Shown: positions 14,350 to 26,600 of the stretch, one piece after another
Position numbering within the stretch: position 1 is the first letter of the stretch
How the letters are laid out: the number at the start of each line of letters is the position of its first letter
DNA from: Antedon mediterranea
Lineage: Eukaryota; Animalia; Echinodermata
Assembly: GCF_964355755.1 (NCBI RefSeq)
Contig: NC_092679.1
Location: 21,373,432-21,437,431 of the forward strand
Direction of reading: 5' to 3'
Length of the DNA stretch: 64,000 nucleotides
Position numbers and translations under genes: made by a program
Notes under the pieces: generated by a model
What the model was told of the DNA's origin: nothing
Databases searched by the model: none
Seen by the model: only the letters and a program-made list of their open reading frames with translations

Positions 14350-15638
14350 ATGGAGGTTTCGCAACCTTACGAATACGATAACGAAAACGGATACGTCATA
14401 CATTTGTGAAACTTTTGAGCTGATCCCCATTTCATATTCGTAAAGCGTATTCGTGTTGACGAATATCACCAGTCATATTCGTAACTACAAAACGAGTATA
14501 GTTTTTGATCGATTTTGCACATTTTGCATTTGAATCAGGAATGATTCATGATTATAATATACCGTAGTTCCCCAGGTATAATCCCACCCCCCTTGTACGT
14601 GAAATTTGCCCGAATTTGGGAGGTGGGACTATACCCGGGGATTTCTCGCTGCATGAACTGAAAATGACGATATTTCTTCTAGCTACGATTTAGGCTATCT
14701 AAAAGCTATATTCCGATGTAGGCCTAGCAATTAGACGGCCAGGCCATCTAGGCCTAGGCGGCCTAATTGGTCTTACCTGTGCTATGCCTACCGTATAGAT
14801 TTTCCCCGAGATTTCTACTTAAAAAATACCCTAAAATGTGATCTAGGCCTAGCTTCCTAAATCGACATGAACTCGATCATACGAGTTCTCCATGTTCACT
14901 CACACGCTCGAGCTCTCTGTGTAAATCGCATGTTGTTGCATGTGACACAAACTCTACTGAGCTGTGCACAAGCTGGTCGGTATAGAGGGCGGTGTTTTTT
15001 TTTACGGTAATCAAGCATGCACAGTAGTGTAAACAACAAGAAAGAATGTACACGACGGCGAAAGGATGTACAGAACGTGACGATCGGGGCATGCTAGCCT
15101 TAAGGTTGTATTCAACTTAACAATGTTTGATGAGTTTTAAGTCAGCCAAATTCAGAGAAATCACTCTATTTTTTTGGTGAGAAATTGACGTCGGCCTAGC
15201 TAGCTACAGTAGGCCTAGGCCCACCTCTGGCCTAATGTAAAATTATACACTGGGACTTTGCCCGGGGATATGCTTGCGTGTAAAGGTAATCGTAAAGTCG
15301 GGGGTGGGATTATACCCGAGGTGGGATTATACCCGAGGAACTACGGTAATTATAGATTTATTGGAAGTAATTTACTAAAGTAATTTACTAAAATGCCAAG
15401 TCAATTTTGATAAATAGCAGTTTTTAAAGTCCTCACTCGCTTTGATGTTACGCTAGGCCTAGGCAGCCAAGCACCAAGCAACACATACCTTCGCTTGGCT
15501 CAAATTTACCGCAGTCATATTTTGGACGCGCCTCAATATTTCGTTGCCATGCGAAACAGATTTTTTTATGGCTTACGAAAACGAATATGTGTGCGTGACG
15601 TATCCGTTTTCGTATTCGTAAGATTGCAAAACCTCTCT
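14350..15638. mobile_element. Non-autonomous DNA transposon (outer element; PIF/ISL2EU-like assignment tentative)
   Basis: TIRs gaggtttcgcaaccttacgaatacg..aaaacggatacgtca / tgacgtatccgttttcgtattcgtaagattgcaaaacctc. Confidence 0.75.
14562..15346. mobile_element. Nested Tc1/mariner(pogo)-like MITE
   Basis: TA TSD; TIR ccgtagttccccaggtataatcccacc / ggtgggattatacccgaggaactacgg; subterminal copies of the TIR motif. Confidence 0.85.
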
Positions 15639-17898
15639 AATACCAATGCCTGAATAGATGAATGGAATACTACTAGATGAGATTCACTATGCTGCACTGT
15701 ATAGCACAAACATGTTGTTTGATTTATTATCTTAACTGTATGTAGTCTTGTTTATCTAAAGGACAGTACTGTACATCTTATATTTGCATAACTCCAAACA
15801 AGTCTAATTGATTTTTTTTAGCATACAACATGGCGGGACAGTTGGATTTTTTCTGTTTAATTAGCACCTACAAAGTAGAATTTGCAAAGAGAGTGATCTA
15901 CAGTATTATCAGGTCCTTCCTTAAATCATTTGTTCCCTTTGTCTTTTAAAATCAAACAATTATATTCAATACACTACATTGCAATAGAAGAAACAAAATA
16001 TACAGTACTGGACAACACTGAACATCCATGCCTATTTTAGTAGGTACAGTTCTCATGAATTTTCAATCGCATAACAATTGTATTAACAGTAAATAGTATT
16101 TGATTGAGTCATTTTTTTTCTCAATAGTTTTAAAACACAATAAGTATTGTTATCAGCATGTTCAATAGAGGGTGACTGTAATTATAGTTAACACTGATAT
16201 TGTTATTATTGTGCACTAGTAGTGTAGTACCTAAAGGTTATAATAAAATAAGACAATTATTTAACCACATAAAAGGCTGTTACCCACAAATGAAGGACTT
16301 AATACCACAAAAGTAATTCAATTAGAAACGAATACAACATTTTCTAAGCCTAAAAAACAAAACTCAACTGGTCTACCTACTTTATCTAGCTACAGAAGGA
16401 GTCGACTATGAACTACCAAAATTACTGTAGTATAAGTATGTGTTATTTATAGGGGGACATACTGTTCCTGTAATGAGGCTTACAGCCAAAACACTTACAG
16501 AAAAGATGTACTGTACTCTAAAACATAACGATTACGGTTAAAAAATAAAAATGTTGAAACACACGCAAGTACACATACCACAATGTCACGGTTCCCTCTT
16601 TCTTAAATTTAAAGAGCCCTGTACTCCGAAACACTTTACTCGGGAAGCAACATAGTATCCAATGGCTTGTTGTATATTTCCAGACGAGCACTTCACTAAC
16701 AAGTGATTCCTTTAGGATTACTAACGTAAACATATCAATGGGCAATTAGGAAATCCGTAAGACGCCAATAAAAAAGGAAGTTCAACCCCATTGAGACAAA
16801 GACGCCCAATTTGTTTTCCCATCCTAATAATTATCATGTAATTATTTATTAGAATTGGGATAAATATTTCAGTGATGGAAACTGTATTTTATTACCTGAG
16901 CACAACACTTTTTTAATTCACATTTCGGCAAGGAAACAAACTGTACATTCTCCGGGTTAATTCCTAGATTAGTCTGCCGACAGTTTAGGCATCACATTAG
17001 TAGAGCATAAATAGTAAGAACACAAAAACTTTGACCATTGCAGCAAAGATACAGTAGCCTGTCTGCAGTATTAAATTTCCACTGAATTTAAGCCTAGCAT
17101 TGAACACAGGAAGTTATTAATTCAATAGGAAATAATATTAGTCTCGATTACTGGTGTTCAGGTGATAAAATGTACAATTAAATAACGAGAAAAAATCCTC
17201 AATTGATCAATACTAGACTAACTGTTTGGAGCAAGTTTATTTATTTTATACCAAAACTCCTCTCGCTCCACCACCATTTCACTTGATTGAACCCCTTTTC
17301 AGTTTTCTTATTATTTATATAAATATTTTTCAAAAATGAGCATATGCCTAGGCCTAGTAGTACTCCATACTTTCATTTGAATGTATTGATAATTAACGAT
17401 ATTACGTAATAATAATTTGAAATTCCTGGCTAGGCTAGGCCTAGACAGTACAGAAAATCACTACTCCTGCAAAACACAGCACCACATTGGTAACCGATTT
17501 GTTGTGTACGTGCGTGAGCATCTCTCTGTACGTCCAAACGATCGAGCACCGCCGTTCATCATTTATAATTACAGCTCTCCTGGAATAATATGTAATGTAC
17601 TTACTAATTTCTAACTTCAATTAAATGCACAAAATGTATATTTCAATCAAGCAGTCTTAAAAGAAGACTGTGACAACATGTATCACAGGCCTAATATCCT
17701 CACAATTATAGGCCTAAAGTGTAAACATTTCCTAGAGACTTATCATCGAAAGGCCAAGCCCACTAACCATAAACATCGAGGAGCGATTTTCACAGAGAAG
17801 AGGCAGAGAGCGATGAGGCCGACACTTCTTACAAACGTTCGTGATTTCATACCTAAATAAACTATTCCAATTATTAAAAAAACTCTTAGCATACTCAC

Positions 17899-18345
17899 CG
17901 TTAAGCTCACACGAAATACCAGCTATATTTTCCAATACTTTGCCTGCATATATTTAATTTTACATCTAAAAAATAATAAGTTCCATCAGTCGTCGGAAAA
18001 TTCAAACAGTGGATGGGGTAGGTAGTAAACCTTACCTGGCCTAATTACTACGTCAATAATATCAGTCCGCAAAACAAACAAGTCCTGGTGGTGAACGTAA
18101 AAAACACCGATGGGTAGGCTGAAATCTGAATTTATCTTTTAAAATAATAAAGTATTATCTTGGTTTTGCAGATCAAGTTCAATATAATTCAGCTATGTAA
18201 GAAAATATATAATGTTTTCATTAAGAAAATGTTTTTTCTTCTTTAAAAACCCGCCAAAGTACGGACTTTACTCAACAAGATAGTCCCTTACTTAATATGC
18301 AAATAGCATACCTAGGTTGTGACGTATACAAAACCACGCCCCTGT
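17899..18345 (-). promoter_or_regulatory. Putative non-coding first exon(s) and promoter of beta-spectrin
   Basis: Strong minus-strand donors ACG|gtgagt (17898) and CAG|gtaagg (18035); octamer ATGCAAAT 18297, CRE-like TGACGTA 18320, GC-box CCACGCCCC 18334; the exon at 13291 needs an upstream exon. Confidence 0.4.
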
Positions 18346-19531
18346 ATACCATTTTTGGAAAGTGACCTCCCATAAAAGTTATAAGATTCTTTAATATTTT
18401 AGTATAGGTGTTTTAACAGATCATTGAACAAGAATTACTATTAATATTATGCAAAAGCGATGTATCTATAATAGGCCTATTAAGCCTCCATTGATACTGC
18501 ATTTTTTTTTAAATAACTGTACAAGTTATCTTTAAAGCTACCCCCTTAATAAAAACCTTTTTAGATTTTATTATTTTTAATAGGCCATTTTTTTGGTCAA
18601 ATAATAGTTATTTTAAAACCAAAAATGGATTTTAAAACTATTTACTTGATAAAACAGTAATTCAATTAATAAAGGGAACCGTAGTCAACCGGCATTTTAG
18701 TTAAATTTAGAGGTTTATTTGTCGACTATTTATTGTTTTGCAAGAATGAAAGAGAATGAAAAACTGTAATAGCCGTTCCCCGTAGTTGATGTTATATATT
18801 TTTTCCAAAGCTCACTTGTTTACTTAGAAACTATAGTATTCTTTGTCTTTATTCGGTGTTGTTTGGTGTGATTTACTTTGCATCGAAATGTCTATTAAGT
18901 ATAGAGGGCGGTACCGTACTTTTGCAGCAATTCGTAACTTCGTTAAAACCACAGCCTGGTTAAAACATTGGAATGACGCCCCCTATGCTATGAAGAACTA
19001 AGTTCAGTCGCATTATCATCAACTAAAATAATTATAATAAGTAAACAGTTATCTAATAAGTATTATACAAAGATAACACGTGTTTACCAACAGAACTTTC
19101 CTTTCACAAAAATAGCTACCACAAATCAGACAATTATCTTTTTGACTCCCCATCACTGTCAAGAAAAGTTTAATTTCATCATTGAGGCATATACAGTCCT
19201 CGTGTGTGGACCATAATCACTTCACCTCCACACACCCAAAATAGGAATCAATGGAATCCGTATTGCAAGCAATGTTACGATATACATTACAAGTTAGCTA
19301 AGCAAGTATCGTGTCCTCTCAAACAGCTGCTAAACTGAGCTAAACTTTAGAGAGATAAACAATATTGATAATTGATAAATTGGTGTTTTAAATTAGTGAT
19401 TAATTAAGATCGGTACAGATTATGATGCCTGGAGATATTGATTATTTTTCTAGTAATTGATATCACGTATAGACAATGTTGCAAAATAAATAGGCCTACA
19501 CCTTAATTCTAAAAAAAGTCTGGTCTAGTAA

Positions 19532-19730
19532 CAGTGGCGAATCCAGGATTTTGAAATAGGGGAGGACCAAACTAATTGTAAAACGAAGTGCTGAATCCTC
19601 ACTCATGGATAAAATAAATAGACTACGTATTTTATCCATGCTTCACTTAACTGTCCTATTTTTGTACTTCAATGTTCAAAATTTAGAGGTTCAAGCCGGC
19701 TTCCCCACCCCCAATCTGGATCCACTTGGT
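19532..19730. mobile_element. Degenerate MITE (related copy 58822-58942)
   Basis: cagtggcgaatccagga ... ctggatccact inverted ends. Confidence 0.5.
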
Positions 19731-20329
19731 TTTACAAGATTGCACATGAGTCGAATATTTGTGAGCTCTGATTGGTTGTCCATTTATCGCGTCACAAAAA
19801 GTAGATTCAAATTTGAATATGCATGAGATAAAACAACGATGAAAAAAGTGTAAGCATTCATAAATTATATCCTACCAATGCATTATCATCACCTTTGTAT
19901 CACCAAATCTGCATTGGGAAAGGCTAGATCGAAACGGGAGACTGGTAAAGGTGAAAGACAAAAAAAACAGTAGTATCGACATCATGTCTCAACCACCGAC
20001 ATTAATCTCATCATCCTCTTTTGAGGAGAACGATCCTGAGCGTTCTAATAGACAGTATTAGAAATACACATACATAATTTCTAATATAATAGAAATTGAC
20101 AGGTTGGATGAGTTTGAAAAAAACAACGTATAGGCCTACTGCATTTAATAATTCCACAGAACAACTACTGGTATACATTAGGTTGAAAGATACCTTTAGA
20201 GGAAGGTTCAAGGTGTTTCTCGTATGAGTCGTTAGAATTCGAATATGACAGATGTCCAATATCATAGATATTATAATCACCAGCATGGATGATTTGTTCT
20301 ATCAAATATATTCCTTCCTGGTTTTATTT

Positions 20330-20585
20330 ATTTTAATAATTCATAATCTAATCTAACATTAGTTAAATAAAAAAAAACCAGATTTTTGTTCCCATGTAAG
20401 ATAAAATAAAATGATTGACGTAATACTTACACAGAGTATATTTGTTCTTGTAAAATTTACCATAGGCCTACAGAATCACCAATCCAAACCGCATAACATT
20501 ATATTACAAACGATAAACTATTTTTGAAGATTAGTACCTCCTTATTCGACATATACGTTTCTGTGTTAAACACGTTGTCTTCAAA
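20330..20585 (+). promoter_or_regulatory. Gene A proximal promoter, conserved with gene B (about 41360-41566)
   Basis: Shared blocks ctaatctaacattagtta, atgattgac, aatcACCAATc; TATATAAA near 41498 in gene B. Confidence 0.5.
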
Positions 20586-20655
20586 ATGAAAGTGGAAATG
20601 TTGTATAGTACGCTGCTGCTGCTTTGGTTTTGCTGTACATCATGCTATGCCACAG
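20586..20655 (+). CDS. Gene A signal-peptide exon
   Basis: aaa[29 protein letters not shown]|gtaaga, homologous to 41567-41627. Confidence 0.85.
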
Positions 20656-23600
20656 GTAAGATGTGCTCAATATTAAAAAGAGAAAGCAAATTATTAGTAC
20701 TTTATAACAATCCTGTTTTATTTTAATTTTTTGCCTTCTTTTAAATATTTTTTAAATCTCTGTTTATTATTGCTTTCTTTAAAGAAGCGTGTCACTTTTA
20801 TTTCAACATATTTTACCAGGGTGATCCATCCAGCCGAAGCTGATCATTAGGGACCCTCATAGATAACTACAATTAAAATGAGAAAAAAATATTGTTTATT
20901 TATTAATTTCAAAAACATTATTTTTATTACTTTTTAGTCAAGTATGTTCTGTATCGATCACGCAACAAAATTGATATAACCCCACTTAAATTTTAACTTT
21001 GTTTTGTTTTTAATTGATTTGTACTACTTAGTTTTGTTTGTTTGTTTTGTTTTTTCTTTGTATTTTATAATAATGATGGCGTTTGTTTGGGCTCATGCCT
21101 ATTACTTGCTCCTGGCAAGATGGAATTTAAACGTTATTATTATAATTATTGTCGACAGTGGTTTAACAGTAAAATAAGCCATATTTACTCTTCGCGTCAT
21201 TGGACTCAATTTCGTCGATTCTAGCTCCTTAGATTTTTTATCACTAACATGTTATATTTCAAGACGTCTCGAAGTCGAAATCGATTTTAGTGGCAGGCAA
21301 CTTGGGATAAATGACGTAAGGCATAATTTACGTAAGTCGTAGGTCATATCTAGATCGAAAGTTTTCGATTGGAGATAGACAACTATATTTCGCAATTATT
21401 AAAACAGAGACAACATTAAGTAGCGAGATTTTTATTTACTTCAAACAAATTGAACATAATTTAGAAAGTAAGTGGTTTGCGGTTTATGGGTCGTCCACTA
21501 ACTTGACAAATAGAAATATGACAATATTAGGACTTCCCAAATTGATTACATCATGAGAAATAAGTCTCCACAATGTAAACTTTTCAACATCTATTTTTGT
21601 TTATTTACAGGTGGTTATTGTTAAGTTAATACAATATGCAATCCGGGTTCTAAAAATGAACAAACAAATGAAAATGAAAAACTCACCAAGGGATTGTTCT
21701 TTTTGTGTATAAATATTTTAAAACGAGATAGATGATAATGATGATCATTGTCAAGTGTATAGAAAAATATAAGAAAATTAATGAAAAAAGGAGGTAGGCC
21801 TAATACGGAATTCCAAAATGTAAAAATGTTACTGATGAATTGTAAAGATATTTGGAATTAACAACATGTGTTAAATAATATGATTTTATGTAATGACAGG
21901 AGATAATATGAATGTGAATAAAATTGGTGTTTGCGTCACAAAAGAGGAAAAAAAAGTTAATGCAATATACCACATAACTGCTTTAATCTTGTACATTTTT
22001 TCTTGCTTAATTATTAGCAAACATTAGACTTGTGAATGGTGGCACTTACTATCAGGGACGAGTTGAACTATACGATAGCGGAGAATGGGGTACAGTATGT
22101 GATGATTACTGGGACATCAACGACGCTCAAGTTGTATGTAGACAATTAGGACTGGGGACAGCAGTCCAAGCACGAGGAGGAGCTTATTTTGGCCAAGGAA
22201 CTGGTCCGATTATACTCGATAATGTCAATTGTGTAGGATCAGAATCCTCTATCACAAGTTGTCCTCATCGTGGAATTAGGTCACATAATTGTGCACATAG
22301 TGAGGATGCTAGTGTCATTTGTGCAATAGGTACAGTATCAATTAATCAGATTTATATAGCAGCCGGTATCCATAAAGTAGTGTTCAGAGGCGCTTCTTGG
22401 CAAAGTTTCTTTGCACAAATGTGTTTTGAGACGTATTTCAAAAAAATTGACGTTTTCTAATGTAGGCCTGTCTATTGGTAGTGCATTTCATAACACTGTT
22501 AAAAAGTTAACTACTGTATTTTACAATGACTACAGTATTCCTGTAGGCCAGATGTAAGCTATATCTATGTGTATTATGAATGCGCGATGCACCAGTATGA
22601 ACTAAAATTAATCGATTAAAGATATATTGTCCCCCTCAACAATTTTTATTGTTGAATATCTCACATAATAGTTATTCACTTTGACCAAAAATTGAATCAA
22701 TAATTTAAATTATTTATCTGAAAAACTATAATTTAAAGGAAAAAATAGTCAAATGGGTTTTTGGTTAAATTTAACTGTTTATTTTGTCTTTTTACTAGTG
22801 TACCGGTAATCATTATTTTTGTTCGTTTTTTTCCCATGGAAGTAAATAACTTAAAAAAAACTGCAAAATGCCCTATTCAAAGTCTGCTTTTATAAATCTT
22901 TATTTTTCATGATTTTGGAGGACAATACATCTTTAAGCTTTCAGTTTACGTTAATGTTGTGAATACAGCAGTACGTTGTGTATTGTAATTGCATTTTGAC
23001 TGTGCTTGCTTTCCATAGATCATATACAAACAGATTTCCAGTCTGGCTTTGATGGTTGGACTCAAGAATATGGGGATGATTTTGATTGGTCACGCCACTC
23101 TGGTTCTACTTCATCGTCTAGCACCGGACCAACAAACGGACATTCAGGTTATGCAAGTAAGTTATAAGAATATTGTATGGTTGGCACGGCAAACACTAAA
23201 GTCGGGTTACAGTACATCATGTGAATACTTGTTTTATTGTCTTGTGTGGGTTCGTCCCACTTTTATTATGCTCTGTTATAAGTATAACAATAAATATTTA
23301 TACATGTGTGTACATTTAAATATTATTTTTAAACATATTGGTTTAGGTACCATAAATTGATATAGTTTACATTGTATATACATAAGATGATTGATTTTGA
23401 TGTTAAACTTCACATTTTCTTTATTTACATTTTTTTTAATACAATTAATTAAAATATATAAATCACAATAAAAAGATGATAAAAATTGATTAAAAACGGG
23501 ACAGTAGTTATTCTATTATGTTCGTGTTCGGGTAGAGAGGCTATAAACTCAGGGAGGAATATAAAATACCCTCCCTTTTAACTAAGACGAAAATGGATGA

Positions 23601-26600
23601 GATAAGATTCACCATGTCAATACTTTGAGAAAAACTAAGTAAAAAAAAGTTATAGTTGTTATAATCACTTCTTAATTTTTCGGCAAACATAGCTCTTGAT
23701 ATTAGAACAGCACAGTTTACTTTTGTTTTTCTTGTTTCCATACAAAGCTGATTATTATGTTTATATTGAAACATCATCTCCAAGAAGTTATGGAGATTCA
23801 GCTCGCCTTAGAAGTCCACCAATACCACAATGGCCAAGTGTAACCATATCATTTTACTATCATATGTACGGAGATACAATGGGAACACTCAACGTTTACA
23901 GAACATCAAACTCGGGTGACGAATTGCTATGGTCAAGAACTGGTAACAAAGGAAACTCGTGGCTTTACTCTGGTACAATACAATTTGCACACAATGGTTA
24001 TGGAGACAACTACATCGTATTCGAAGGCATTAGAGGAAGTTCATTTACTGGGGATATTGCTATTGATGATATTGACATTAATGGTAAGTAAAAACAATCA
24101 TCAACAAAATAAATAGGCCTAGGCATAAACATAAAAAAAAGTGGAGCAGCGCAGGACTGATACGTATTGTACACAATTTTTTAAACTATAAATTAATTAA
24201 TCTTTTTGGTATTTATTGAGACCATTATTCCTATTATATCATCACCGGTCCATTTTATAATAAATCATTATTATTATCATCATAATCGTCAGCATCGTCC
24301 GGCTGAATGTAAATGGGAGACTAGAGCAACAAAATGTCTCAAGTATGAGAGGAAAAAAGTAAAGAAACGTTAAAATAGGTTGATAGGTAAATTTAGTGGA
24401 AATGGGCAGGTTGTCTCCTCTTTACAGACGTTGTAAGCAATTGCTGTGACAGACGGCCGACATATTGTGCACATCATTCTGTACTTATTCGTAAAATGAT
24501 AGATATTGGTGTTAGAAGATCCATTATTCCCACCGTCTGCAGCTTTCTTACTAACCGTACTATCAACACCAAGCACGACAATGTAGTTTCTTCTATTGCC
24601 CAAACTACTTGCGGCGTCCCTCCAGGAATTAAATTAGGCCCCATTCTTTTCCTCATCCTGATTAATGATGCTTGTTTAGAAAGCTACAGACGGTGAAAAA
24701 CATTCTGAAGAAAAACAAAATGTTAGCAATTGAAATGGTCTAAACGAGGAAAAGAAACATTACATGGTATTTTCGTTTTAATATTTAAAATGCATGAAAG
24801 ATTATTTCATGTCTTAATATCTTTTACCAGTTTTTCATTGTGTTTACCCTAATTAAATTGTTCAAAAAGAGGTATTGCCGTACTTTATTATAGCTTATAC
24901 CTTCTCGCTTTTAATATCATAATACTTATCTCTCTTTTTATGCATGACGTATCAGAATATTTGTATCTATATAGCATGAACATTAAAGAAAAACTATTAG
25001 TTTTGATGCTCTTACAGATGATACACCCACCACTACCGAACCCACCACTACAAAACCCACCACTACAATACCAACCACTACAGATTATCACACTACAGCT
25101 ATATCATCAACAGGTAAGGATAGAAATCTCTCCTTTTTTTAAATTTTCGAACCAGATTAATTGTTTATTGAATACAGCGAGCTTTTGCATGCAACAAATA
25201 CCTATACCTAGTTTGCTCTCGGCGAATCTATTTGAACATTTTTAGATCTTAATGGTTATGTATTTGTTCACGTCATACAAATTAGATGGGTATAAGAATA
25301 CGCATGCACATAACAATTCAACACTTTTGACGCGCGCGAATAAAATCCGCATAGTACACAAACAGTAGGAACACCAACAAAAGTCTGTAAAATGAGGTAC
25401 CGTACTTTTAACTACAGGCTGTTGGTGTAGGCCTATTAATTGTATTCTTATTTAGATATTTCTTTCTATTGAATTTCTTCAAATTTATCTATATCTTTTA
25501 GCCTTTTTCCATCATAATAGTTTCAATACAATAGGTCGTGTTTTGTTTCTTCGTATACTTATGCTGTATTTAACTCATTTGTTTTTTAAAACAATGATTA
25601 CTTTATTAAGAACATTTAATATTATGTTTCTTTTTGCAACTACAATATTAATTAGCCAAACTTTACCTTCGGTCATTTTAACATTAGTTTCCACTTTGAT
25701 TAAAATATTATCTTATTTTGTGTATAATATTCTAATTAGTATTACGAAATCAACAGTCAAACAGTTTTTATTCAGTACGTTTAGTAAAAATTCGTTTTAC
25801 TGTAATAACATTTAACCAAAATATTAAACAACTATTGTAGGCCTATAGGTAATATGCAAACCCTGCAAAAATTAAAGAAAATTACTTTGGTACGCATGCG
25901 TTAACTTTTGGTGCGCCACTAAATAGAAATTGTCAACTAAATAGAAAATGATTGGATCAATTTTTGCAGTTAAACAATAATATACAATAGTACATCTCAT
26001 GACGTCATCATGGCGTTGATCATGATCACGAGTTTTGGTATAAAGATAAGATGACACTTACTCATTTCATCAACACCATCAACACCACTAATATGAAATC
26101 ATTCTCATCATCTATCTACCTATTATCCATTCATATCATCACCATATCTTCTTTAGATCTATAATCATCACCATAGAAGAGAGAAAGGAAACTCTATGAA
26201 GTGGGAGTGAAGAGAAAACAAATTAAATTAGATTATTAGTTTATGATTAGGATTAAATAACAGTAAAGTAAATTAATAAATAAGTTTTTATCCCGACAGC
26301 TCCTTTCCAACTGAACACAACGCAATTTCTTTGTGGAAATGAAACCCAAATCATAACATCGCCTGGATATCCAAAACAATATGAAGACAACCTGTACATC
26401 GAATGGACATTCACTACTCATGTTGGAAGTTTGTTCTCTGTTGAATTCTACGATTTTTATCTTGAGGGATGTTGCGATTATGTGACTATTTACAGTGACG
26501 GAGACATTATTGGTAGATTCGGTGGTTCCAGTACGCCACCAGTAATCATATCTACAAATAACTCAATAACAATTGTTTTCAGTACAGATGGTAGTGTTGT

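Noticed and set aside
21611-21619. Possible 9-nt micro-exon in gene A equivalent to gene B exon 2
   Set aside because: Good acceptor but weak donor (gttaag) and no similarity to 41741-41770
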